64,000 nt of DNA, taken from positions 32,001 through 96,000 of the forward strand of contig CBDVDR010000008.1 of the NCBI GenBank assembly GCA_965372795.1, given 5' to 3'. Of this stretch, positions 48,837 through 58,645 are shown in pieces. Each line of letters opens with the position of its first letter. Position 1 is the stretch's first letter. A model generated the notes under the pieces. That model ran no database searches and was not told the DNA's origin. It saw only the letters and a program-made list of their open reading frames with translations. The translations under genes were made by a program, and so were the position numbers. This stretch comes from an uncultured bacterium. GTDB lineage: Bacteria > Zixibacteria > MSB-5A5 > GN15 > FEB-12.

Positions 48837-49035
48837 AGTAACAGACATGGTCTGTTTTAAATAATCATTAAGATGAGTCGGGAGCCCAGGGCTCCTGATA
48901 CACTTAGTTTGATTAGTGCTAAATAGTCCCCTCAAATTGCCCGAAATCGATCAAACTGGCGATTTCGGCACTTAAAACTTTACAAAATCATCAAAATTCC
49001 CTATTTTAGGCGGCTATTATGGGAAGAAAAACATT

Positions 49036-52000
49036 ATGAAATTTGATCCGTTAAAAGAGAATTTCAGCCTGCCGGCTGCCGAGGAAAAAATCCTCGAATT
49101 CTGGGATACACATAAAGTATTCGAGAAAACTAATGAAATGGTAAAAGACCGCGAGCACTTCGTATTCTACGAAGGTCCTCCGACTGCCAACGGTAAACCT
49201 GGTATTCACCATGTTCTTTCGCGCACTATCAAAGACCTTGTCTGTCGCTATAAGACAATGCAGGGCTTTCGGGTAGACCGCAAAGGCGGCTGGGATACTC
49301 ATGGCTTGCCGGTTGAAATCGAAGTTGAGAAACAACTCAATCTGACCAGTAAAAAAGAGATAATCGAATACGGTATTGGACCATTTAATAAAAAATGCCG
49401 TGAATCGGTTTTTAAATATCTTGAGGACTGGGATAAACTGACTCATCGAATCGGGTACTGGATTGACCTTGAAGATGCCTATGTTACTCTAAAAAATGAA
49501 TATATCGAAACGGTCTGGTATCTGCTGAAACAGCTTTTTGATAAAGACCTGATTTATAAAGGGCATCGAACAACCGCCTACTGCCCCCGTTGCGGAACCG
49601 GTCTGTCGAGCCATGAAGTTGCCCAGGGATACGCCGAAGTTTCCGATCCGTCTATCTATGTCAAAATGAAAGATTCCGAAGAGGATTTTTCCTATCTCGT
49701 TTGGACGACAACTCCGTGGACGCTTCCTTCGAACGCCGCAATTTGTGTCAGTGCTGAGGCTGATTATGTGATGGTCGAACATGAAGGCGAAAAACTTGTC
49801 TTAGCCGAAGCTCTGGTTGAAAAAGTTATTGGCGAACCAAAAGAACCAATCAAAAAATACAAAGGTACTGATTTACTTAAACGTAAATACGAACCGCTGT
49901 TTGATTTTTATAAAGATCAGGCTGATAAAGCTTTCTATGTTATCTCGGCTGATTTTGTAACCCTTGAAGACGGCACCGGAATCGTTCATATCGCCCCGGG
50001 GTTTGGAGCTGACGATTATGTTGTCGGACAAAAATTCGGTCTTCCTGTTTTACAGGCAATCGAACCGAATGGTCTGTTTAAAGATTTAGCCGGCGACTAT
50101 GCCGGGATGTTTATCAAAGATGCCGACAAAGTGATTATTAAAGATCTCAAAATTGCCGGTAAAATGTTCAAAAAAGAACAATATAAACATAACTACCCAT
50201 TCTGCTGGCGTTGTGATACGGCGCTGATCTATATCGCAGTTGATTCATGGTATATCAAAACTACCGAATTTAAAAAACAGCTGATTGACAATAACAACGC
50301 TGTGAACTGGATTCCGGATGAAATCCGTACCGGACGCATGGCGAACTGGCTGGAAAATAATGTTGACTGGTCGCTTTCCCGCGAACGATTCTGGGGAACA
50401 CCTCTGCCAATCTGGCTTTGTGATAATGCTTCCTGTGATAAAATGAAAGCTGTCGGTTCGATTGAACAACTTATGGAAGATGGAATAGATGTGCCTGAAG
50501 AGGTTGATCTTCACAAGCCGATGATGGATGATGTACAGCTGAAATGCGAATGCGGCGGCACGATGACCCGTACTCCTGAAGTCATTGATTGCTGGTTTGA
50601 TTCCGGTGCAATGCCTTATGCTCAATGGCATTGGCCTGCTAATAATAAAGATATTTTGAAAATAAAACATCCGGCTGACTTTATCTCTGAAGGTGTCGAC
50701 CAAACGCGCGGATGGTTCTATTCCCTTTTAGCAATATCAACCTTGCTCTTTGGAAAATCGGCATACAAAAACGTATTAGTACATGATATGATTTTGGATA
50801 AAAATGGTAAAAAGATGTCCAAAAGCAGAGGGAACGCCGTTGACCCATTGGCAACTACCGATAAATATGGCGCTGATCCGATTCGCTGGTATTTAATGTC
50901 GGCCTCTAATCTGTGGCTGCCGACTAAATTTGATACCAATGCCTTGTCCGAAGTGAGTCGAAAGTATTTTGATACACTTCGTAATACATATTCATTCTTT
51001 GCTCTTTATTCCAATATCGATCAGGTTTGTGAAAAAGCTGAGGCTGATAATCTATCAATCGAAGCCTATCTTAAATCGAAAGCCGGTGAATCAGAACGGT
51101 TTGATCTGTGGATATGGTCAAAGTATAACAGTCTTGTCAAAGAAGTGATAACAGCTCTCGATAGCTATGACTTAACCAAACCGACCCGTGCGATTCAGTA
51201 TTTTGTAATTGAAGAACTTTCCAATTGGTATGTCCGTAATAACCGCCGCCGTTTTTGGGCGGAAGGTGATGACCCTTCCAAGATGCGCGCTTATTTGACC
51301 TTGTACCGGATACTGATAGGGGTTTGTAAATTGACTGCTCCGGTAACACCATTTATATCCGAACTGATCTGGAAAGAACTTGCCGGTGAAAACCGTGAGA
51401 AACATGGCAACCCGTTGTCGATTCATTTGACAGAATTCCCAACGGCTGATGATTCGGCAATTGATAGTGAGTTGGAAGAAGCTATGGGATTAGTTGAAAA
51501 GATTGTGTCTCTGGGCAGAGCGGCAAGGTCGCGCAAGAATCTCAAAGTCCGTCAGCCACTCGGAAAAATATTGATCGGGCTTGAAAATCAGGAACAATAT
51601 GAAAAACTTTCTGATTATTTTGATATTATCAAAGATGAACTGAATATAAAAGAGATTGAATATGCCGGTGAACTTGATAAGTTTGTTTCGTTCACAGCCA
51701 AATTGAATTTCAAAACCGCCGGTCCGAAACTTGGGAAAAACGTTAAAACAGCAGCCGGTATGCTGGGTGAATTAGATTCTGAAAAGATCAGGGAATTCAA
51801 TTCAACGGGAAATTTAACCCTGAATATTGACAACAACGATGTAACCCTGACCGTAGATGAAGTACAAGTGCTTAAGGTCGAAAAGGATGGCTTCGCAATT
51901 GAAAACGGGACTAATGTTTCCATTGCGATTATAACTGATTTGACCGAAGATTTAGTTGCCGAAGGTTTCGCGCGAGAATTGGTTAATAAAATTCAGAATA

Positions 52001-52215
52001 TGCGAAAATCATCCGGTTTTGAAGTTACCGACACCGTCGAGGTGCAACTGGCTTCAACAGAACAGGTTATAAGTGCAGCTAAAAGGTTTAAGACATTTAT
52101 TTGTAAAGAAACTCTTGCAAAAAACATTTCCTTTGTTGATAATGAAGTAATTGAAAATGCAACTGAATGGAATGTTAACGGAGAAAAGACAGCTATTTTT
52201 GTAGCAAAAAACTAA
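49036..52215 (+). CDS. ileS: Isoleucine--tRNA ligase (IleRS2 type)
   Basis: FYEGPPTANGKPGIHH, GWDTHGLP, WTTTPWTL, EGVDQTRGWFY, KMSKS; EG.ARE...IQ..RK tail without Zn finger. Confidence 0.98.
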   Translation: MKFDPLKENFSLPAAEEKILEFWDTHKVFEKTNEMVKDREHFVFYEGPPTANGKPGIHHVLSRTIKDLVCRYKTMQGFRVDRKGGWDTHGLPVEIEVEKQLNLTSKKEIIEYGIGPFNKKCRESVFKYLEDWDKLTHRIGYWIDLEDAYVTLKNEYIETVWYLLKQLFDKDLIYKGHRTTAYCPRCGTGLSSHEVAQGYAEVSDPSIYVKMKDSEEDFSYLVWTTTPWTLPSNAAICVSAEADYVMVEHEGEKLVLAEALVEKVIGEPKEPIKKYKGTDLLKRKYEPLFDFYKDQADKAFYVISADFVTLEDGTGIVHIAPGFGADDYVVGQKFGLPVLQAIEPNGLFKDLAGDYAGMFIKDADKVIIKDLKIAGKMFKKEQYKHNYPFCWRCDTALIYIAVDSWYIKTTEFKKQLIDNNNAVNWIPDEIRTGRMANWLENNVDWSLSRERFWGTPLPIWLCDNASCDKMKAVGSIEQLMEDGIDVPEEVDLHKPMMDDVQLKCECGGTMTRTPEVIDCWFDSGAMPYAQWHWPANNKDILKIKHPADFISEGVDQTRGWFYSLLAISTLLFGKSAYKNVLVHDMILDKNGKKMSKSRGNAVDPLATTDKYGADPIRWYLMSASNLWLPTKFDTNALSEVSRKYFDTLRNTYSFFALYSNIDQVCEKAEADNLSIEAYLKSKAGESERFDLWIWSKYNSLVKEVITALDSYDLTKPTRAIQYFVIEELSNWYVRNNRRRFWAEGDDPSKMRAYLTLYRILIGVCKLTAPVTPFISELIWKELAGENREKHGNPLSIHLTEFPTADDSAIDSELEEAMGLVEKIVSLGRAARSRKNLKVRQPLGKILIGLENQEQYEKLSDYFDIIKDELNIKEIEYAGELDKFVSFTAKLNFKTAGPKLGKNVKTAAGMLGELDSEKIREFNSTGNLTLNIDNNDVTLTVDEVQVLKVEKDGFAIENGTNVSIAIITDLTEDLVAEGFARELVNKIQNMRKSSGFEVTDTVEVQLASTEQVISAAKRFKTFICKETLAKNISFVDNEVIENATEWNVNGEKTAIFVAKN

Positions 52216-52228
52216 AATCGGAGCCGTT

Positions 52229-52615
52229 ATGAAAAAAACCGATTTGAAAAAATACCAAAAACTTCTTTTAATAAAAAAGAAAGCCCTGTTTGAGGATATG
52301 GATGACATTTTGAAGGAGCGCGTTAACAAAACGATTAAAGATGCTACCGGGGATTTATCATCTTATTCATATCATATGGCTGATCAAGGTACTGATGCTA
52401 TGGAACGAGAGATGGCTTTTATGTTAGCTTCCAAATCAGGAAGGCTTATTTATCATATCGATGAAGCTTTACGGCGTATTGATAAGGGAAATTACGGCGA
52501 TTGTTTTGTTTGTGAAAAACTAATTAGTACGGCGAGACTTGAGGCTGTACCTCATGCAAGGCTTTGTATCGAATGTAAATCTGCTGAAGAGGAAAATAAC
52601 TCTGGCAAAAAATAA
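52229..52615 (+). CDS. TraR/DksA C4-type zinc finger protein
   Basis: HMADQGTD, ALRRI..G.YG.CxxC...RLEAVPHARLCIECK. Confidence 0.93.
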   Translation: MKKTDLKKYQKLLLIKKKALFEDMDDILKERVNKTIKDATGDLSSYSYHMADQGTDAMEREMAFMLASKSGRLIYHIDEALRRIDKGNYGDCFVCEKLISTARLEAVPHARLCIECKSAEEENNSGKK

Positions 52616-53135
52616 TCTCAAAAATTTCATTGCTCCGCTGACAATAATTTTCTCTGTTGTTATAATCGATCAATTGACCAAATGGTGGGCTGTGGCTAAT
52701 CTTTCCGGTAAGCCCTCGGTTGAGATTCTGGGAAAATTTTTCATGTTGACGCTGGTCTATAACGAGGGTGGTGCTCTGGGCACTAATTTTGGTCCCTCTA
52801 AATATTACCTTATTTCCTCATCATTAATTTTACTCTTTGTTTTATATTATATTTATTTAAATATCAAAATTAAACCGATCGCATTACCGCTCTCATTAAT
52901 TTCTGCCGGAGCCATAGGTAACATAATCGACCGTATTTATTATGGAAAAGTTGTAGATTTTTTAGATGTTGATTTCTTTGATATTGATCTGTTTGGTTAT
53001 CAACTTCAGAGGTGGTGGACTTTTAATATTGCTGATTCGGCTATTAGCTGCTCAATCGTTTTTTTGCTGATATATTCCCTTTTCTTCCACAAAGAGCCGG
53101 CGACTAAAGTTGAAAATGAGAATTCTGTCGACTAA
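52602..53135 (+). CDS. lspA: Lipoprotein signal peptidase II
   Basis: DQLTK, YNEGGA, AGAIGNIIDR, VVDF, FNIADS; start uncertain (CTG 52602 follows AGAGGA). Confidence 0.93.
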   Translation: MAKNNLKNFIAPLTIIFSVVIIDQLTKWWAVANLSGKPSVEILGKFFMLTLVYNEGGALGTNFGPSKYYLISSSLILLFVLYYIYLNIKIKPIALPLSLISAGAIGNIIDRIYYGKVVDFLDVDFFDIDLFGYQLQRWWTFNIADSAISCSIVFLLIYSLFFHKEPATKVENENSVD

Positions 53136-53281
53136 TTCAAGATTAAAACTCTTACGTTTTTGACCAAAAAAACTAATATATTCTCTTTAATTGTATAAAC
53201 TAATACGTATATTGGTTATCCATTTCTAAGCGAATTCTTAGAAGGGTTGTATAAATATTAAATAATTAGATAAACGAGGCT

Positions 53282-54346
53282 GTGATGATAAATAAAGAAG
53301 CTGTGATGCATATTTTAAGCGGGATTGAAGACCCTGAACTTCGTAAACCGCTAACCGAACTTGGTATGGTAAAATTTGTTGAGATAGAAGGGTCCGTGGT
53401 TACTGTCGGGATTACTCTTACTGTTCCGGGTTGTCCTCTAAAGGAAAAAATTACCAGTGATGTTGTTGAGGGTGTTAAATTTATTGAGGGTGTAAGTGAG
53501 GTCAAAGTTCAATTTGATGTTATGTCTGATGAACAGCGTGATACTTTAAAACAGAAGCTTGGCTATGGCGCCAAAGATGGCAAAGCTCAGGTAACTATCA
53601 ATAATTTTGCAAAAAGATATATTGCCGTATCATCCGGAAAGGGCGGGGTTGGGAAGTCCACCGTGACAACAAATCTGGCTGTTGCATTTGCACGTAAAGG
53701 ATTTAAAGTCGGTGTGTTAGATGCTGATGTGTATGGATTTTCAATTCCCCGAATGATCGGTGTTCATGGTCAACCAACCGTTATTGATGATAAATTGATT
53801 CCTCTTCGTCTTGGAGATAATCTCCAGGTCATGTCGATGGGCTTTTTTATTGATGAAGATGAACCTGTTATCTGGCGCGGACCTCTGCTTCATAAAGCAA
53901 TCAACCAATTTTTAGCCGATGTGTTCTGGGATGAACTTGATTATATGTTTCTCGATCTGCCACCCGGAACCGGTGATGTGACCCTGACCATTGCTCAAGC
54001 AATTCCAACGGCTGAGATGCTCGTTGTAACAACGCCACAGCAGACTGCTGTTCATGTAGCCGGTCGCGTAGCCCGTCTTGCAGAGAAAACCGAGTTGAAA
54101 ACTATTGGTGTAATCGAAAATATGGCTTACTATGTATCCAATGGAGAGAGAGATTACATCTTTGGTAAAGATGGCGGCAAAGATTTAGCGAAAACTCTTT
54201 CCACAGAATTTATCGGAGAAATTCCTTTAGAAAAATCCATTCGTGAAGGAGCCGACAACGGGTTGCCGGTCGCATCGCACGGAGATGAGAAATATATTTC
54301 ACTCTTCGAATCATTCGTTGATAAAATTCACGGAACTGACAAGTGA
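53282..54346 (+). CDS. mrp: Mrp/NBP35 (ApbC) Fe-S carrier ATPase with N-terminal DUF59
   Basis: DPEL...L.ELG, GCP, SGKGGVGKST, DADVYG, WRGP, DLPPGTGD, VTTPQ, IENM. Confidence 0.95.
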   Translation: MMINKEAVMHILSGIEDPELRKPLTELGMVKFVEIEGSVVTVGITLTVPGCPLKEKITSDVVEGVKFIEGVSEVKVQFDVMSDEQRDTLKQKLGYGAKDGKAQVTINNFAKRYIAVSSGKGGVGKSTVTTNLAVAFARKGFKVGVLDADVYGFSIPRMIGVHGQPTVIDDKLIPLRLGDNLQVMSMGFFIDEDEPVIWRGPLLHKAINQFLADVFWDELDYMFLDLPPGTGDVTLTIAQAIPTAEMLVVTTPQQTAVHVAGRVARLAEKTELKTIGVIENMAYYVSNGERDYIFGKDGGKDLAKTLSTEFIGEIPLEKSIREGADNGLPVASHGDEKYISLFESFVDKIHGTDK

Positions 54347-54399
54347 TAACCTTTTGAAATGATTACTTTTTAGAAGTTGCATTAATATTTTGTAAAAAG

Positions 54400-54660
54400 T
54401 TTTACTCTTGAGTTATCCACAGGGTTAATTATTGCTCCCGTAAAGGCAGCTACAACAACGACTTCAAAAATTTGTTTTATAAACGTTCGGTCGGCTTGAC
54501 GATTCGTTCGAACTTCACTACTTATTAACATGAGAGCGAAAAAATCCCTGCATGTTAATAAATTGTGGACAACTTCCGTGTGTGTTGCTAAAATCGATAA
54601 TTTCAAGGAAGTTAGGGTGATTAGTAATTCTCTTTAATGTTGATAACATTGTGGGTATCT
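54400..54660. other. oriC part 1: DnaA-box cluster upstream of dnaA
   Basis: TTATCCACA 54413-54421, TGTGGACAA 54564-54572, TGTTGATAA 54638-54646, TTATTAACA and TGTTAATAA variants. Confidence 0.75.
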
Positions 54661-54743
54661 CTTCAGCTTTTTGAGGCTGTTAGTTTTACCTATATTTATT
54701 TGTTGTAGTTGAGTTATTTTTTTAATTGAGGGGTAATGTTAAA

Positions 54744-56108
54744 TTGCAAGAGAGTATGGTAAGTTCACAGATCTGGGATGACTGCCTCAAGTATATGTCA
54801 AGGCGTATGAAAGAGCAGTCATACAACACCTGGTTGAAATCGACTAAGGGTGAGCCGGGTGGAAATGGTAATTTTCAAGTTGCTGTGCCGAATCAATTCG
54901 TTGCTGACTGGATCAGAGGTCATTATAGCGAGTTGATTGAAGAAGCCTTTTTTGAGGTTCACGGCAGAAGATATGATGTACAATATGTTATATCGGCTTC
55001 ACAGGACCAGGAACAGCAGGTATCGCTTAAACTGCATGAGCCAGTTGAGATGATTATGCCGGCGCCCAGGCCGAAAAAGGCAGGTCATCATAATCTTAAC
55101 CAAAAATATCAATTTGCATCGTTGGTGGTTGGTGATTTTAACCAATTTGCTTATGCTGCCTCAAAGGCTGTAGCAGAAGCTCCCGGTATGACCCAATATA
55201 ATCCGCTTTTAATTTATGGCGGGACCGGGCTGGGTAAAACGCATTTAGCACAAGCTATCGGGCATAGTATTCTTAAAGAGTATCCCGAAAAAAGTGTTAT
55301 GTACGCTACCAGTGAAAAGTTTACATCCGATTTTATTTCATCTATTTCAGATGGTTCAATTTCTCGTTTTACGAAAGTTTATCGTGAAGTTGATGTATTG
55401 ATTATTGACGATATTCAGTTCTTCACCGGAAAGGAATCCACCCAGGAACAGTTTTTTCATACTTTCAATACCTTGTATCATCTTGGAAAACAAATTATCT
55501 TAACCTCAGATCGACCACCTAAGGAAATTAAGGGTCTCGAAGACAGGTTATTATCCCGATTTTCATGCGGGCTCGTAACTGACCTTCAAGCTCCAGACTT
55601 GGAAGCCAGGACGGCCATCCTTTATAAAAAGATCGAATCGGAAGGATTGGTGCTTCCTGATGATGTTATTAATTATATTGCAGATAAGGTTTCTACTAAC
55701 GTCCGGGAATTAGAGGGTGCTTTAATCAGGCTGCTGGCATATACGTCGTTGAAAAATGTACCCACTAACCTTGAAACCACTAAAAAAGTATTAGCCGACA
55801 CGCTTTCTTCGCATCGCAAAGAGATAACGATTGAACTAATTCAGAAAAAAACTTCTGATCTTTTTGGAGTCGATCAAAATATGATGATTGCCAAAAAGAA
55901 GACATCAAATATAGTCTTGGCGCGGCAGGTGGCAATGTATATCGCTCGTAATCTTACTGATAATTCTTTAAAAGCTATAGGTGATTCGTTTGGTGGAAGA
56001 GATCATTCAACGGTAATTCATGCCTGTAATTTAATCACTAATAAACTGTCAAGTGACTCTATTTTCAGGGAAAAAATTGACAAACTATCAGCCTCTTTAC
56101 TGTATTGA
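54744..56108 (+). CDS. dnaA: Chromosomal replication initiator DnaA
   Basis: YNPLLIYGGTGLGKTHL, IDDIQF, TQEQFFHTFN, NVRELEGAL, GGRDHSTVIHA; start approximate. Confidence 0.98.
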   Translation: MQESMVSSQIWDDCLKYMSRRMKEQSYNTWLKSTKGEPGGNGNFQVAVPNQFVADWIRGHYSELIEEAFFEVHGRRYDVQYVISASQDQEQQVSLKLHEPVEMIMPAPRPKKAGHHNLNQKYQFASLVVGDFNQFAYAASKAVAEAPGMTQYNPLLIYGGTGLGKTHLAQAIGHSILKEYPEKSVMYATSEKFTSDFISSISDGSISRFTKVYREVDVLIIDDIQFFTGKESTQEQFFHTFNTLYHLGKQIILTSDRPPKEIKGLEDRLLSRFSCGLVTDLQAPDLEARTAILYKKIESEGLVLPDDVINYIADKVSTNVRELEGALIRLLAYTSLKNVPTNLETTKKVLADTLSSHRKEITIELIQKKTSDLFGVDQNMMIAKKKTSNIVLARQVAMYIARNLTDNSLKAIGDSFGGRDHSTVIHACNLITNKLSSDSIFREKIDKLSASLLY

Positions 56109-56388
56109 TAAGTTGTGGTTTTCTATGTGTAAAAAATGTGAATTACTTGAAATGGGTGTTAAATTGTTGATAATTAAAATTTTGGTTTAATTTTTGTTTA
56201 TTGTTAGTTGAAAAGTTTTAGGGTATATAAAAATGTTAAGTAGTTGTAGGATATATAATAAAAAGATGAAGGTTGTTAATAAATTAACTTTATTAACATT
56301 TTAACATCTATTATTATTATTACTTATATAAGATATAAAGTATAGAATTAAGAATTAGTTGTTGAAAAACATTTAGGAAAGGCATTCG
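56109..56388. other. oriC part 2: AT-rich dnaA-dnaN spacer with variant DnaA boxes and DnaA-trio-like repeats
   Basis: TGTTGATAA 56165, TGTTAATAA 56274, TTATTAACA 56290, then CTATTATTATTATTACT 56308-56324. Confidence 0.7.
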
Positions 56389-57501
56389 ATGAAATTCAGT
56401 TTACCGAAATCAAAGCTGGCAGGTTACCTTCAATATATTCTTCAGGTAGTACCGACAAAATCCACTTTACCAATATTAACCAACCTTCTGATTGAAGCAC
56501 TTGATAATAAATTAAAAATCTCTGCGACTGATTTGGATATTTCGATTACAGCCTCGATTGATTGTAATGTCAGTAAAAAAGGTGCAACCTCAATTCCGGC
56601 AAAGATTCTATTTGAGATTATTAAAGAACTTCCTGAATCAGAAGTTAGTTTTGAAGTAACATCATCGCGTATGGAAATTAAAATACCAAACGGTTCGTAC
56701 AAAATTGCAACAGTATCTCCTGATGACTTTCCGAAACTTCCCGCTGTTAATACAAAAAAAGAGATTAAGATTGCTGCTGACGCTTTAGTTCGCATGGTTA
56801 AGAAAACCAGTTTTGCCTGTTCTGATGATGATACACGTCCGGCTCTTAACGGTGTTTTGTGGCAGACAAAAGGTGATCGGATGCAGATGGTTGCTACTGA
56901 TGGTCATCGTTTGGCGAAGATGTCGGTTGAGAATACAAAATTAAAAGGCATGTACGAAGATGTTATTGTTCCACCAAAGGTTTTGAATCTTATTCCAAAA
57001 TTTGCATTGGATGATGATCAGGAGATCGGGATTATTTTTGGAGAGAATAATATTATTTTTAATCTGGGTGAAATTGTTTTAACATCCCGCCTGATTGAAG
57101 GACCATATCCAAATTACGATCAGGTCATTCCTACTGACAACGATAAAAAATTAGTTGTGTCCAAAGAAGATCTTGCCGGAGCAGTTCGTCGTGTTTCAAT
57201 TCTTTCTAATTCACTGACTCACCAGGTAAAGTTTTCTTTGAAAGAAAACTCACTCACTTTGTCGACTACCAACGCTGATGTTGGCGGTGAAGGTAAAGAA
57301 GTTATCGAATGTGATTATGTCGGTGAGCAGATTGAAATGGGCTATAACGCTATGTATGTTAACGATATTTTAGCAAAACTTGATTCAAGCGAAGCAGTGT
57401 TTGAGTTGTCCTCAACCGCCGCTGCCGGATTGATATATAATTCAAATTTATCTAAAGATGATTATCTCTGCCTGATTATGCCTCTCAGGCTGGCAGAGTA
57501 A
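56389..57501 (+). CDS. dnaN: DNA polymerase III beta clamp
   Basis: STLPIL, ATDLDI, TRPALNG, VATDGHRLA, SRLIEGPYPNY, LIMP. Confidence 0.98.
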   Translation: MKFSLPKSKLAGYLQYILQVVPTKSTLPILTNLLIEALDNKLKISATDLDISITASIDCNVSKKGATSIPAKILFEIIKELPESEVSFEVTSSRMEIKIPNGSYKIATVSPDDFPKLPAVNTKKEIKIAADALVRMVKKTSFACSDDDTRPALNGVLWQTKGDRMQMVATDGHRLAKMSVENTKLKGMYEDVIVPPKVLNLIPKFALDDDQEIGIIFGENNIIFNLGEIVLTSRLIEGPYPNYDQVIPTDNDKKLVVSKEDLAGAVRRVSILSNSLTHQVKFSLKENSLTLSTTNADVGGEGKEVIECDYVGEQIEMGYNAMYVNDILAKLDSSEAVFELSSTAAAGLIYNSNLSKDDYLCLIMPLRLAE

Positions 57502-57518
57502 GAATATTATTGGGAATT

Positions 57519-57548
57519 AAAAGGCAGATAAATTATCTGCCTTTTTTT
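57519..57548 (+). terminator. Intrinsic terminator between dnaN and recF
   Basis: AAAAGGCAGATAA/TTATCTGCCTTTTTTT. Confidence 0.75.
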
Positions 57549-57556
57549 ATCTATTC

Positions 57557-58645
57557 ATGTATTTAAAATCATTAAAACTAAACAATTTTAGAAATATTAA
57601 AACACAGTCAATTGAGTTCTCTCCGGAAATAAATATTCTGTATGGCAGCAACGGTTCGGGGAAAACTAATATTCTTGAAGCAGTTTTTGTTTTATGTCTC
57701 GGTCGCTCACATCGAAGTTCGATGGATACGGTGATGATTGAGAAGGGCAATGATTTTTACCGTCTTGAAGGACTGGTAAATTTTCCTGAAAAAGAAACCG
57801 AGGTTGCCCTAGCTTTTCAAAAAGGCGGTCGAAAGAAAATAACTATCGACAAGGTCTCGGTTAGGATCCATGAATTGTATGAAAATTTTTGTGTGGTTTC
57901 AGCGGGTCCGGAAGACAGCGATATTCTTTCCGGTTCGCCTTCGTCAAGACGTACTTTTATAGATATGTACCTTTCTCAGAAGTCCAAAAATTATCTAAAC
58001 AACCTGACTCAGTATCAAAAAATATTAACACAAAAAAACGCCGCTTTAAAACACAACATGGACCCATCGCCCTTCAACAGCATGCTGATTGATTTTGGAT
58101 CCTCTTTGATGGTGGCTCGCAATGATTTTATAAGTTTGATAAGCGGCTTATCAGAAGAATTTTATAATAAAATTACAAGCGGCGGTTCTTTTAAAACAAT
58201 TTACAATCCGTCAATTTCGTTTGATCCTGACAATACTAACCACTCTGCGGTTAAAGATGCGTTCGAACAAACTCTTCAGAATGTTCAGGAGAAAGAGCGC
58301 ATTATGCAGTCTTCTCTTAAAGGACCACACCGCGATGATATTGGTTTTGAAATAGAAAACCTTCCGGCAAGACATCACGGTTCCCAGGGTGAATGGCGGA
58401 CAGCGGCGATTTCATTAAAGCTTGCCGTTTATAAAATATTGAAAGAAGAAAAAGAAACTATCCCGATTCTTCTGCTTGATGAAATATTTGCTGAGCTTGA
58501 CAACGAACGCATTCAGGGTTTAGTTAATTCATTCGGGGGTTTTGGACAGTTGATTTTAACGACAGCCCAGGAGCCGCCGGACGTTTTAAAAAAGGGCAGT
58601 CGCTGTTTTAGAATATCTAACGGATCAATAGAGGAAACAGTCTGA
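57557..58645 (+). CDS. recF: DNA replication/repair protein RecF
   Basis: NFRN, GSNGSGKTNILEA, GPHRDD, GSQGE, LLLDEIFAELD. Confidence 0.97.
   Translation: MYLKSLKLNNFRNIKTQSIEFSPEINILYGSNGSGKTNILEAVFVLCLGRSHRSSMDTVMIEKGNDFYRLEGLVNFPEKETEVALAFQKGGRKKITIDKVSVRIHELYENFCVVSAGPEDSDILSGSPSSRRTFIDMYLSQKSKNYLNNLTQYQKILTQKNAALKHNMDPSPFNSMLIDFGSSLMVARNDFISLISGLSEEFYNKITSGGSFKTIYNPSISFDPDNTNHSAVKDAFEQTLQNVQEKERIMQSSLKGPHRDDIGFEIENLPARHHGSQGEWRTAAISLKLAVYKILKEEKETIPILLLDEIFAELDNERIQGLVNSFGGFGQLILTTAQEPPDVLKKGSRCFRISNGSIEETV

Noticed and set aside
48837..49035. T-box upstream of ileS
   Set aside because: No AAGGTGGNACC motif or terminator; only short palindromes
49051..52329. Multiple minus-strand ORFs within ileS, and similar shadow ORFs within SPFH, CGL, pepF, dnaN and others
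   Set aside because: Antisense or off-frame shadows of well-supported genes, with no recognisable motifs
54382..54606. 74-aa minus ORF as rpmH or another gene
   Set aside because: No similarity to L34; overlaps the DnaA-box cluster
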